Below are positions 44,268 through 57,063 of a stretch of DNA of 64,000 bases, one piece after another (the stretch's first letter is position 1; every line of letters begins with the position of its first letter). The DNA lies in the NCBI GenBank assembly GCA_951406725.2, contig OX597833.1, forward strand, positions 35,402,001-35,466,000, read 5' to 3'. The DNA is from Octopus vulgaris. Its lineage: Eukaryota. The notes under the pieces were generated by a model, which saw nothing but the letters and a program-made list of their open reading frames with translations, did not search any database and was not told the origin of the DNA. A program made the position numbers and the translations under genes.

Positions 44268-44612
44268 CGCACATAAACACACACGCATACTCTCTCTCTC
44301 TCATACACATACGTGTGTGTGTATATTCTTTTATTCTTTTACTTGTTTCAGTCATTTTGACTGCGGTCATATATACGCATGTGTATATGTGTATTTATGC
44401 GTGTGTATAAGTGCTTGTGTATGTGCGTAGACACGCACGCACACACACATACACTCTCACACACAGACACACGCATCACATATAAAGTGTATGAATGTTG
44501 TTTGGATGATATGTGCCAAACATCTTAAACCATCAATGTTGCACCAAAATCATATTAGCAAGAGAATAAAATGAGCTATCTCCGGTAGTGTAAGAATACT
44601 AAATTTAAAAGA

Positions 44613-44678
<66 letters not shown>

Positions 44679-44681
<3 letters not shown>

Positions 44682-45000
44682 CTCTCAAAATACAAAGACC
44701 TGGAAATAGAGGTAACTAGAATGTGGAATCTGAAAACAGAAACAATTCCTATCATAGTAGGTGCATTAGGCATGATAAAAAAATATTCAGACAAATACAT
44801 AACAAAAACACCAGGACTTACAAACACATATAACATACAGAAAATTGCACTACTAGGCTCTGCACACATCCTACGCAGAACACTTTCCATACAATAACCA
44901 TCAGAGCATCACAACAAATCACAGCACATACCCAAGGCACACAGAGCTGCGCTCGGTAGTGAAGTGAAAGCACGCTATAAAAATAAAAATAAAACTACTG
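44679..45000 (+). mobile_element. 5'-truncated R4/Dong-like retrotransposon inserted in (AAT)n
   Basis: Uninterrupted KLSKYKDLEIEVTRMWNLKTETIPIIVGALGMIKKYSDKYITKTPGLTNTYNIQKIALLGSAHILRRTLSIQ* (stop 44895-44897), then about 100 bp of 3' UTR, with (AAT)n on both sides. Confidence 0.9.
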
Positions 45001-45120
45001 AATAATAATAATAATAATAATGTTAATAATAATAATAATAATAATGATGATAATAAAATAATAATAATGATAATAATAATAGTAATAATAATAATAATGA
45101 TAATGATAATAATAATGATG

Positions 45121-45166
<46 letters not shown>

Positions 45167-45438
45167 TAATAATAATAATAATAGCAATAATAATAAATAT
45201 GATGATGATGATGATGATTATGATAATGATTATCATTCTTTTTCATGATTATGATAAGCCTTTTTTATGATTATCATTGTTTTTAATTATTGTTGCTGTT
45301 GTTGTTATTGTTATTGAGTAACAGTCGATCAGTGGGGTCGACCCTCCAAAATTTCAGGCCTTGTGCTTATAGCAGAAAGACTTAGCATCATCATCATCAT
45401 CGTCATCATCATCATCATCTTCATCATCATCATCATCA

Positions 45439-45502
<64 letters not shown>

Positions 45503-45525
45503 TATTATTATTATTATTATTATCA

Positions 45526-45740
45526 AGGCGGTGAGCTAGCAGAACCTTTAGCAGACCGGGCGAAATGCAAAACGGTATTTCGTCTGCGGCTACGTTCTGT
45601 GTTCAAATTCCGTTGTGGTCGACTTTGCCTTTCATCCTTTCGGGGTCGATTAAATAAGTACCTGTTACGTACTGGGGTTGATGTGACCGACTAAATCTCT
45701 TCCCCCAAATTTGAGGCCTTGTGCTTCCAGTAGAAAGGAT
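45526..45740 (+). mobile_element. SINE family A (tail B), full length
   Basis: ggcggtgagctagcagaacc...gttcaaattcc...gcctttcatcctttcggggtcgattaaataagtac...ggccttgtgcttccagtagaaaggat followed by (CAT)n. Degraded minus-strand copies flank it. Confidence 0.85.
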
Positions 45741-45753
45741 CATCATCATCATC

Positions 45754-45785
<32 letters not shown>

Positions 45786-46162
45786 CATCATCATCATTAT
45801 TATTATTATTATCATTATTTCTAACTTTGGCACAAGGTCAGCAATTCCTAGAAAAGGGAAGTTAATTACATGGACCTCAGTATTTGTTTGGTACTTTATA
45901 TTATCGTACTCGAAAGGATGATAGGTGAAGTTGACCTCGGCAGTATTTGAGCTCGATATATATACTCGAATCGCAATGTATTTTGTCCGATTCTACAATG
46001 GTTTGGCCATTGATGTTGCGTCTAACTTAGACACAAGATCTGAAGCTTGGAGAAGAGCTAAGTGAATTAAAATTGACCTCAGTACTGGACTGATATAATA
46101 TTTTATCGATCCCTTATGAATGAAAATCAAAGATATCTATATATCTTGTTGTCTCTGGGCTG

Positions 46163-46228
<66 letters not shown>

Positions 46229-46232
<4 letters not shown>

Positions 46233-46408
46233 GGTAGCCACTACACACATTTTTGTCTCTCCTTGTTTCTTTCCGTGTTCCTTTCTGTGGAAGAGCGTAG
46301 GCTCTAAACGTAAAAGACTTTATCAATTCCCGAGCGTTAAAGTAATATATTTGTTTGTTTTCTAAATCACCTGCCTTCGTCTTGTGTTTTTTTCGTGAAT
46401 TCTCCCCC
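46229..46408 (+). mobile_element. Repeat family P copy with hammerhead-like motif
   Basis: cttt ctgtggaa gagc gtag gctc taaa cgta aaag (46281-46316)...cacctgccttcgtc..., then (TA)n. Confidence 0.6.
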
Positions 46409-47013
46409 TATATATATATACATACATACATACATACATACATACATACATACATGCATGCATGCATGCATACATACATACATACATACATACATACATA
46501 CATACATACATACATACACACACCTACACATGCCTTTGAATAGTACTACAAGAGCATCATAAATTCACTATCTTTGCCACTCAGGCCAGATAAATGTCAA
46601 CAATACATTCGCGTAGATATAATAGCTGTATCAAGAGTCTTATTAAGCCCTAAAACAGTAGTAGTGTTATGTGTATACGAAAGGACAACGACTATCGAAG
46701 CTGCTGCGAAAACCATTAGATTTACAGATTTTGAGAAATAGTGAAGTGCAATACATCTAGACTGTCACTCTATTGTCACCCTCTTCTGCATGTGATTTAT
46801 TGTTGCATGAAATGTACAGTATAGTCTTCAACTGTTGCAGACATGCTATAAATGGAATTACAGATGAGAGAGTCAGACCTTGTTCCACTTACAGCATGCG
46901 CCTTATCCTTGCACGATCGTAGTTCGTAGGAGAAAAACAGCAAAAACAACAGCAGCAACAATAACACTATTATAACTTTATAAAATTATAAATTCATAAA
47001 TTTATAAAATTTA

Positions 47014-47430
47014 GGGCGGCGAGCTGTCAGAATCGTTAGCACGCCAGGCTGAATGCTCAGCAGTATTTCGTCTGCCGCTGCGTTCTGTGTTCAAATTCCG
47101 CTGAGGTCGACTTTGCCTTTCGTCCTTTCGAGGTCGATTAAATAAATACCAGTTACGCACTGGGGTCGATATATTCGACTTAATCCGTTTGTCTGTCCTT
47201 GTTTGTCCCCTCCGTGTTTAGCCCCTTGCGGGTAGTAAAGAAAAAGGTATTGCGTCTGCCGTTGCATTCTGAGTTCAAGTTCTGCCGAGGTCGACTTAGC
47301 CTTTCATCCTATCGGGGTCGATTAAGTAAGTACCAGTTAAGCACTGGGGCCGATGCAATCGTCTTAATCCGTTTGTCTGTCCTTGTTTGTCCCCTCTGTG
47401 TTTAGCATCTTGTGGGCAATAAAGAAATAA
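47014..47430 (+). mobile_element. SINE family A partial dimer (tail A)
   Basis: A full copy is followed by a second copy that starts at ggtattgcgtctgcc (about 47246); tttataaaattta-like direct repeats flank the unit. Confidence 0.85.
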
Positions 47431-47976
47431 ATAACTTTATAAAATTTATATAATGCTATTTTTAAAATAAAAACCAAAAGGTACACAAGAAACGCATGTC
47501 TTTCTTAGAAATGTTTTTGTATATAAGTTTATCACTCGAGATAAAACACCGAAGTTGATCACTATATACCTATTTGCGAGCACAACTGAAATTGTTGAAT
47601 AGCCAAGAGCTGGCTTTATGGTGTATTTAACTGAATGGAAAATTGAGAAGCTTTGTAAGGAAATATACTTGTGTTCATCTCGACTTCTAGCCATTGCACT
47701 TTTGTCTCTCGGTCGATCAGCCCTAAAGAGAAAGCTTAGGGTCTAGAATTTTGGATAAAGGTGTACGAAAAGCAAAAAAAAAAAAAAAAAATGAAAAAAA
47801 GAAAACAAAGAAACAAAAATAATATTAAGCACTCTTCTCACGGGTCTGTTTCTAGATATCGCTTGTTACTGATTATATTCTTTATCGGTCATTGCTCTCT
47901 ATATCTTCTCTCTGATTTATACACAAACGCTCAGGCGCGCACACGCATGCTCGTGCGGTCAGTCACACACACACAA

Positions 47977-48092
<116 letters not shown>

Positions 48093-48129
48093 CACATATA
48101 GATATGTATTATGTATGTATGTACGTATG

Positions 48130-48173
<44 letters not shown>

Positions 48174-48414
48174 GTCATATATTCATGTTTGTGCGTGTGC
48201 GTGTGTATGTGTGTGTGTGTTTGTATTTGTGTGTCTGTATGTGTGTGTGTACATATATAAAAGGCCATTTACTCTACACAATAGTTTTAGTGGCATGTGG
48301 TAATCACGACTTAAAGAAGACATTTAAATTATTTGAATACTTTGACTTGTCATATTTTGAAAATACACAACCACCCAAACAACAAAACCACACACACACA
48401 CGAACACACACACG

Positions 48415-48494
<80 letters not shown>

Positions 48495-48724
48495 CACAAA
48501 CATATATATATACGTACACACACACATAAGTATCTATTTATATATGTAAATACATGTGTGTGTATGTGTATATACGAGTGTGATATTTTTGTTTCTATAT
48601 ATTCATTTATGTATATGTATATGTGTAACAAGGAAATAAGGAAACAAGGAAACATGGATCCTTGTATTTCTGGAAAATTACTATTTGTAAATCTCACAAC
48701 GAGAGATATTCAGCAACAGTACCT

Positions 48725-48927
48725 TGGAGTAAAGATCATTTGCCAACATGACATGGCAGATATTGTGTTGAACTGAGTAGGGGTGCTAGATTCCGTTGTT
48801 CGAAAATATAAGGACACAGATCGTGTCGTGTAGCCGGCTAGAGACGATGTCTCCTGGGGCTAAATTACAGCAACATTCGTCCTAAACCGGGACTACCATG
48901 TTATGTTGGCGAATAAGCTTTACTCCA
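48725..48927. repeat. 34-bp imperfect inverted repeat (MITE-like or hairpin)
   Basis: tggagtaaagatcatttgccaacatgacatggca (48725-48758) versus taccatgttatgttggcgaataagctttactcca (48894-48927); 29 of 34 positions complementary. Confidence 0.7.
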
Positions 48928-49164
48928 TTGTAATTTCTGTATGAAAACTTTTTCGAATCAATGATGGGAAACATTATTGCCATCTATATGCACCTGGTAT
49001 CCTTATATTATTATGGATTGTACAAAAAATGGATAAGTCCGTATGTGCAAATGCATGTATGTATGTATGGATGAATGGATGGATGGATGGATTGTTGCAT
49101 GCATGCATTATAAACGTAATCTTCAAGAATCAAGGACTTTATGTGTGTTCTCATTTTACTGCAG

Positions 49165-49269
49165 GTTTTGCTCTGTCGTCGTTAACTTTGCCAACATGTG
49201 GAGAGTTAACTAACGTTATCAGCACCGTCTGGTATTCCCAAAAGATGAGAAAAGAGAAAAATATGAAAG
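49165..49269 (+). other. Candidate 105-nt internal exon of an unidentified gene
   Basis: Acceptor ttctcattttactgcag|G and donor AAG|gtaagg; length divisible by 3; a single open frame (GFALSSLTLPTCGELTNVISTVWYSQKMRKEKNMK). No homology recognised. Confidence 0.35.
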
Positions 49270-49446
49270 GTAAGGAGCTAAATATACATTTAATTTTTTT
49301 CTGATATATATATATATTCATGTTAGTATTAACAACTATGAGTTCTGTATGTCTTCATTTATCTGTAATTAGGTGTCTACTAGAATAATAATTTGATGAC
49401 GCGTTAGCGCTACAATAACCAAGAATGATATTAAGAACATGTCTAT

Positions 49447-49501
<55 letters not shown>

Positions 49502-49595
49502 TGTATGTAAGCATAAGCACATATCTATTTATACAGACATATGTACACGTGTATCAGTGTATCAGTGTTAACTCATATTGAAGACTGGTTAGCGT

Positions 49596-49637
<42 letters not shown>

Positions 49638-49719
49638 ACCCGTCCCACACACACACTCACACATTCACACACACAGAAGCATACAGAGGACATTGTTTTA
49701 GAACTAGTTCATATTGATT

Positions 49720-50311
49720 TCAAATTTTGGTACAAGGTAAGCAATTTCAGTGGGAGGGTCAAGTCGATAACATCGACCCCAGTGTTCAACTGATACTTAT
49801 TTTATCGACCCCGAAACGATGAAAGGCAAAGTCTACCTCGGCGGAATTTGAATTCAGAACGTAAAGACGGGTGAGATATCGCTAACCTTTTTGTCCCACG
49901 TGCTAACGATCCTGCTCGCTCGCCGCTTTGAAAACTATTTCATAAGACCCCTGATAACATAGACATTCATTCATTCAACTAGATGGTGGGAAAACAGCGA
50001 AATTTACTTTAAAAAATATTCCTCAAAGTGAATGACATCAATTGCTGCTTACTACCTTCCAAATATTTGAACTTGTTCATATAATCACCATTATTCTTTT
50101 CTAGTCTACGCACAAGGTCCGGAATTTTTTTTTGGGGGGGTGCAGTCGATTAGATCGACCCCCAGTACGCAACTGGTACTTAATTTATCGAACCCGAAAG
50201 GATGAGACGCAAAGTCTACCTCGGCGGAATTTGAACTCAGAACGTTAAGACAGACGAAATAGCGCTAAGCATTTCGCCCGGCGTGCTAACGATTCTGCCA
50301 GCTCGCTGCCT
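49720..50311 (-). mobile_element. Two minus-strand SINE family A copies; the second (50096-50311) has a 16-bp TSD
   Basis: TSD tataatcaccattatt at 50080-50095 and 50312-50327. Confidence 0.85.
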
Positions 50312-50564
50312 TATAATCACCATTATTGCTGCTGTGAAGTAGCAGAGAAGGTAGATAAAGCACCATACAAAATTCAATTATTTTAAGTTCGTCATCGTTG
50401 ATGTCTAAGTTCGCATTCTACCAAGGTCAAAACTCATGCATTCAAAGTTGTTCAAATAAAACTTCTGTTTGGTCTTCTGTCAATCTAATTGACCATATTT
50501 CGCCCACCACCACCACCACCAAAAAATAATGTACCGCCTTGTATCAATGTAAAGAAAATCTTAT

Positions 50565-51020
50565 AATAGTGGTGGTTCGGCGAAATCATTAGAGTATAAG
50601 ACAAAATACCTAGCGGTATTTCTTTCGAATAAGGCGGCGAGCTGGCAGAAACGTTAGCACGTCGGACGAATTGCGTAACCGTATTTCCTCTGATGTTACG
50701 TTGTGAGTTCAAATTCCGCCGAGGTCGACTTTTCCTTTCATGCTTTCGGGGTCGATTAATTAAGTACCAGTTACGCACTGGGGTCGATGTAATCGACTTA
50801 ATACCTATGTCTGTCCTTGTTTGTCCCCTCTGTGTTTAGCCCCTTATGGGTAATAAAGAAATAGGTATTTCTTTCGATTTATGCTCCGAGTTCAAATTTT
50901 TGTCAGGGCCAACTTTGTCATTCTTCCTGCGTCCCTAAAATATAGAACCAGTCAAGTAATCGTTGGTATTGAGTTATGCTTCCCACCCATTCAAATTTCA
51001 GACACTGTGCTTTCATAAAA

Positions 51021-51083
<63 letters not shown>

Positions 51084-51508
51084 GGTGGCGAGCTGGCAGA
51101 ATCGTTAGCTCGTTAGACGAAAGGCTCGAATTCAAATTCCGCCAAGATCGATTTTGCCTTTCATCCTTTCAGGGTCCATAAATTAAGTACTAGTTAAGCA
51201 CTGGGGTCGATGTAATCGACTAGTCACCACTTCACAAATTTCAGGCCTTGTGCCTATACTAGTAAGAATTCTTCTTCTTCTTCTTCTTCTTCTTCTTCTT
51301 CTTCTTCTTCTTCTTCTTCTTCTTCTTCTTCTTCTTCTTCTTCTTCTTCTTCTTCTTCTTCTTCTTCTTCTTCTTCTTCTTCTTCTTCTTCTTCTTCTTC
51401 TTCTTCTTCTTCTTCTTCTTCTTCTTCTTCTTCTTCTTCTTCTTCTTCTTCTTCTTCTTCTTCTTCTTCTTCTTCTTCTTCTTCTTCTTCTTCTTCTTCT
51501 TCTTCTTC

Positions 51509-51573
<65 letters not shown>

Positions 51574-52660
51574 GTTATTATTATTGCGGCAAGCTGGTAG
51601 AATTGTTAGCACGCCTGGCGAAATGCTTAGCGGTATTTCGTCTGCGGCTACGTTCTGATTTCAATTCCGCCGAAGTTGACTTTGCTTTTCATCCTATCGG
51701 AGCCGATTAATTAAGTACCAGTCCAATACTGGGGCCTATGTAATCGTATATCCTCCTCCTCACAAATTCCAGGCCTTGTGCCTATAGTAGAATGGATTAT
51801 TGTTATTATTATTATTAAGGCAACGAGTTGGCAGAATTATTAACGCGCCGGACAAAATGCTTAGCGACATTTCCTCTGTCTTTATGTTCTGAGTTCAAGG
51901 TCCGCCGAGGTCCACTCTGCCTTTCATCCTTTCGGGGTCAATAAAATAAGTACCAGTTGAGCACATGTCTCGATATAATCCATTCGACTCCTCTCCCGAC
52001 CTTGCTGCTCTTGTGCCAACATTCTTGTTGTTGTTGTTGTTGTTGTTGTTGTAGTTGTTGTTGTTCTTCTTTTTCTTCTTCTTCTTCTCCGCCTTCACCT
52101 CTTTCTCCTCCTCCTCCTCCTCCTCCCCCTCCTTCTATCATCCTCCCCCTCCTCCCCTCCCTCCCTCCTCCTCCTTCCCCTTCTTCTTCTTCTTCTTCTT
52201 CTTCTTCTTCTTCTTCTTCTTCTTCTTCTTGCTGTTGTTGCTGTTATTATTATTATTAAGACTTCGAGCTGGCAGAACTGTTAGAACGACGGGCGAAATA
52301 CCGCTAAGCAAATTCCGCCGGAGCCGACTTTGCCTTTAATCCTTTTGCGGTTAATGAAATAAGTACTAGTGAAACACTGAGGTTTATACGATCGACTAGT
52401 CCTCTCACCCAAAATCCACGCCTTGTGCGTATTGTAGAAATGATTATCATTTTTATTATTATGGCGGCGAGCTGGCAGAATCGTTAACACTCCTGGCGGA
52501 ATGCTTAGTCTCTCGCTACGTCCTGTGTTCAAATTCCGCCGAGGTCAACTTTGCCTTTCATCCTTTCGGAGTCGATAAATTAAGTACCAGTAAAAGCCCT
52601 AGGGTCGATGTAATCAACTGGTCCCATTAAAATTTCAGGTCTGTGCCTAAAGTAGAAAGG

Positions 52661-52665
<5 letters not shown>
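50565..52665 (+). mobile_element. Head-to-tail array of about seven SINE family A copies separated by (TTA)n/(TTC)n tracts
   Basis: Heads at about 50568, 50633, 51084, 51586, 51819, 52265 and 52463, each with gttcaaattccgccgag and gcctttcatcctttcgg-like motifs. Confidence 0.85.
51269..51509. repeat. Pure (TTC)n/(GAA)n tract of about 240 bp
   Basis: Directly visible; source of the poly-L and poly-K pseudo-ORFs. Confidence 0.95.
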
Positions 52666-52726
<61 letters not shown>

Positions 52727-53167
52727 TATTAGTTTTATTATTACTATTATTATTAAACTTCAAGTTAATGGTGATGGCTAGTAGGTTTCGTTTTCTTGTA
52801 AGAGCCATTTTCTTCTTCCGTACCCCGATTATGCTCTTGGGGAAGGGATAACTTCTCGTATCTCCAACCATAAAATCAGGTATGTATTTATGTATAGAGG
52901 AAACGATTTTTATTCTAAGGACAAGAGTGTGGGTGAAGATAGAGAAACGAGATAATGACAATAATGGCTAAGTAATTATTTTTCCTTTTCGTAGCCAAAT
53001 TTTACTATATTTGTGCAGTTATTTTTTCCAGTTAATAGAAAATATAATGACATAACCTGCTCTACTTAACAGCACAAAAAACAACATGGAGCTCTTGAGC
53101 GTAGGGATTCGACAGTAATAAAAACCTGTCAAAACTTACAGCAAAAAGAGACTGACATCCTCCACGT

Positions 53168-53225
<58 letters not shown>

Positions 53226-53770
53226 GACTCCCCCTCTGTCTGTCGCTGTCACTGTTTCTCTCTTCATCTCTTTTCAATGTTTCTTTTCTTCATATGACTT
53301 TTTAGTTGAAGTTGAAAGACTTTACTAGTTTTATATATTTATATAGGAAATAATTTAAGTGTCAGTTATTTCGCTGAATAAATAGTATTGCATAATTTCA
53401 GATGCTATTATTTTGACCTGATGCAGACACAGGCACATATATGTATGTATGTATGTTTGTATGTATGTATGTTTGTATGTATGTATGTATGTATGTATGT
53501 ATGTATGAATGTATGTATGTTTGTATGTATGTATGTATGTATGTATGTATGTATGTATGTTTGTATGTATGTTTGTATGTATGTATGTATGTATGTATGT
53601 ATGTATGTATGTATGTATGTATGTTTGTATGTATATATGTATGTATCTTTGTATGTATGTATGTATGTATGTATGTATGTTTGTATGTATGTTTGTATGT
53701 ATACATACATGCAAGCATGCACGTATGCATGTATTATGTATGTGTATGTATTATATATGTATGTATTATG

Positions 53771-53801
<31 letters not shown>

Positions 53802-55429
53802 ATTGTTTATACTTTGAAATTTTAAAAATATACTAGGATTAGATACCCTATTAGTTTTCAGTATTATGTGTGTATATATACACGTGTGTGTGTGTGTATG
53901 CACGCATGATATACATGTACACTAACGCCCCCGCAACGCACATGTATACGTTACATATACATATGCACACACACTCTCGCACATTCACGCACTTACACAG
54001 TCACACATGCACACAAGCACACTTGGTGTTCATCATTTCACCAAGCTCGTCGCTAAGCATGGAGTGGAACTCGGGCATGCTAAATCTTACACCATCATCT
54101 TGTCACTCGTTGCCTTCAGCAGAGTCCACTCTATTGTAAGCATCTGAAACCAGGTCTTCTCTCTGAGAACAACCCAATATCTTGCTGCATTGCTTCGCGT
54201 AAAGACTACCTGTCTTTCCCTCTAACTTTCTCGAAGGTCCCGTGAAGTGTGTACTGCTCTTTCTTCTCTAACGATGATATAAAAATAAGTGTGTTAACGA
54301 AGCAGTCATCAATGTTAAGTGATGCTGCTTTTATGCTACTGCTGATTATAAAAGGGAGCTGCTTATATGACATATACTGTCTGTTTACAGCCACAAATAA
54401 AATGAGGCATTGAGATTTAAGTGTCCTGTGCTTCACTTCCCAGTGTACCGGTAATCTATAATAACATCGACCGGCTGTCTGTTATTCCGAGTTATTGATC
54501 GCTTTGGAAACATAGATACCTTCTAGTATTATTAATATCAAGTGCGTGTGTGTTCATGTGAATTGTATGTAAATGGTGAATTGTATGTAAATGGTGTGCA
54601 GGTGTGTACGATGTACGAAAGCGAGTGAGAAAAAAAGCGAATGCGGATGCGGATGAGATGAAGGGAGAAAAGAAGAAGTAAATAACACGCTTTAGAAGTC
54701 GAGAATGGCGATTTCAATTCAAACTTAGAAAATCAATAACTAAAACGTAGAGATAAATAAACAGATAGTATGTCAGATGTCTAGCGTCGATTTTAATACC
54801 GCGGCTATCTTTTCTTGTATCGGTGTATCTTGTGAAATATTGTGTTATATTTATCGTTTGTTGTGATAGTAGCTTATATCAATTACCTACGTCTGCATAA
54901 ATCCTCATATTTAAAAGTAGAACTGTGGTCAACTACATTTGAATAACGTATATTAAGTTATTTATTGTTCTCTTCAGGAACGATATAGTTGTATTCTTAA
55001 TCAAAGAACTTTACCCACTGAAAAGCATTTGATCAAGCGTTCTACTGTTATTTCCAGATTTTCTTTTATATTTAACACTTCATCGACACTTAATATAAAA
55101 TTACTAATATTTTATAAATATTTGTTCTAAGAAAATGCCGCATAGACATTTCGTAATTTGCAAAATATATCTTTTTAAAGATTTCTCAAAATTCTTCCTC
55201 GTGCATCTGTGAAAATATAATGCATCAATATCACTGATACATACATACATATATACATACATACATACATACATACATACATACAAACACACATACATAC
55301 ATTCATACATGCATACATACATACATACATACACACATACACACATACATATACACATACATACATACATGCATACATACATACACACATACTTACATGC
55401 ATACATTCATACATACATACATACATACA

Positions 55430-55460
<31 letters not shown>

Positions 55461-56232
55461 CAATGATGCCAATTAAAGCATTGACTTATACAATTATTAA
55501 TCAATTAATCTAGGGCGCTATACCAAGCAGTATGAAGAGAAAAATCATTTATAGAAATGTAAACTCCCATACGATAATGAAAAATTAAGATACAACAGTA
55601 TGTTTGTTTTTTCCTCTGTGTGTAAGTACGTGTTTCAGTTCCAACTATGTTAATGACATTGCTAAATGAACCCATATATTTATGAAAGATTCAAATATAT
55701 TTCTCCTGTTCAATTGAAGCAAATTGGTGGGAAATCTCGTAAATTAACTAAATTAGTCACCTGAAAGACTAACATGGCATATTTATTGATATACTTCAGT
55801 TCTTGACATAATCAGCAAATATCACAGAGGAAAATGCTCAATTCCAAAAGTAGTGGTGATATAAGGCAAGAACTCTGGTGCCCGGTTGAGTCTTCGATTA
55901 GCTTCGTATTATACGAACAGAATATTTGCATTTCATCATGTTCCGGACAATAAGTACCAAGTACCAGTAATACACTGTTAATGTAATCGACTATGCTTCT
56001 CCTACAAGATGTGTTTCCTTCATCCAACGTGAAATACCATTATCATTAATACGTGATTATATTGAATTCAAATCGTGTCAGAATCTATGTGACCTTCTAG
56101 AGCGTATATGTCTGATATGCATCAGTTATTTTAATACCATCTTCGGACATTGGTGCAAATAAAATGACTACGCCAATTCCCCATTGTTTTTCAAGATCAA
56201 TATAAGTGTGTGTGTGTGTCTGCGCGTGCATG

Positions 56233-56305
<73 letters not shown>

Positions 56306-56306
56306 T

Positions 56307-56492
56307 ATATGTAGAAAAATACAAATTGGGACAAGAACGTAAAACATTTAGAAGACGATACAAAAAACACGGACGGGACATTCCAAGCCTTCAATCTTCA
56401 GTCAAGAACCGGATCATCCTCGCAATTTCGGCTGAATAATCTTGAGATCGCTCCGATCCGGCCAGCCCCAAGGAAAAACTAATCTACGAGCT
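56307..56492. repeat. Short unclassified insertion between TA-rich tracts with an internal hairpin
   Basis: GC-richer block embedded in microsatellite; ccggatc...gatccgg inverted pair at about 56409-56461. Confidence 0.4.
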
Positions 56493-56580
56493 ATGTATAT
56501 ACATATATATATACATATATGTGTGCGTATGTATGGTATATATATGTTTATGTTTCTGTATGTATATATGTGTATATGTA

Positions 56581-56632
<52 letters not shown>

Positions 56633-56954
56633 GGTCCCGGTTGATTCAGGGTTAACCACAGTAAATAAGGTACTCAATACATAGATAACATATGTGTATA
56701 GGTATAAGTGAGAATTTCCTTATTTACCTAAAACTCTATTCTTCTATATATTTTTATATTTTTTTATTCTTTTTTTATTCTTTTTTTTATTTTTTTATTC
56801 TTTTATTTATTCTTCTATCTAATTTACCACTGACTCCTTGACCACTCCCCCAAGTATGTTTTTTTTTGCGCTATGCCTACCCTCAAAAAGTCCCCCACCA
56901 CCACCCCTATAAACCTGCCTAAATGTATAAATGCCAATACAATTCTTGTTAACT

Positions 56955-57005
56955 AGCTTCCTGAAGATTTCTCTTGAATGAAACAGTTCTAGTCCTGTAG
57001 AAGCT
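56955..57005 (+). ncRNA. Type I hammerhead ribozyme (predicted)
   Basis: Stem I AGCUUC/GAAGCU; core CUGAAGA; stem II U-UUC UCUU GAA-U; GAAA; stem III ACAG/CUGU; cleavage triplet GUA (after 56999). Confidence 0.7.
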
Positions 57006-57016
57006 CCTTCTATATA

Positions 57017-57063
<47 letters not shown>

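Noticed and set aside
46891-46905. Possible 15-nt minus-strand microexon (tgcaag|gataaggcgcatgct|gtaagt)
   Set aside because: Such site pairs are expected by chance in 64 kb; no supporting evidence.
50565-52665. CRISPR-like periodic array
   Set aside because: The units are ~200-bp SINE copies separated by microsatellites in eukaryotic DNA; no repeat-spacer structure or cas genes.
56370-56465. Hammerhead in the 56307-56492 insertion (minus-strand CUGAAGA and a GAAA)
   Set aside because: The motifs are in the wrong order or lack stems II and III; only a simple hairpin is supportable.
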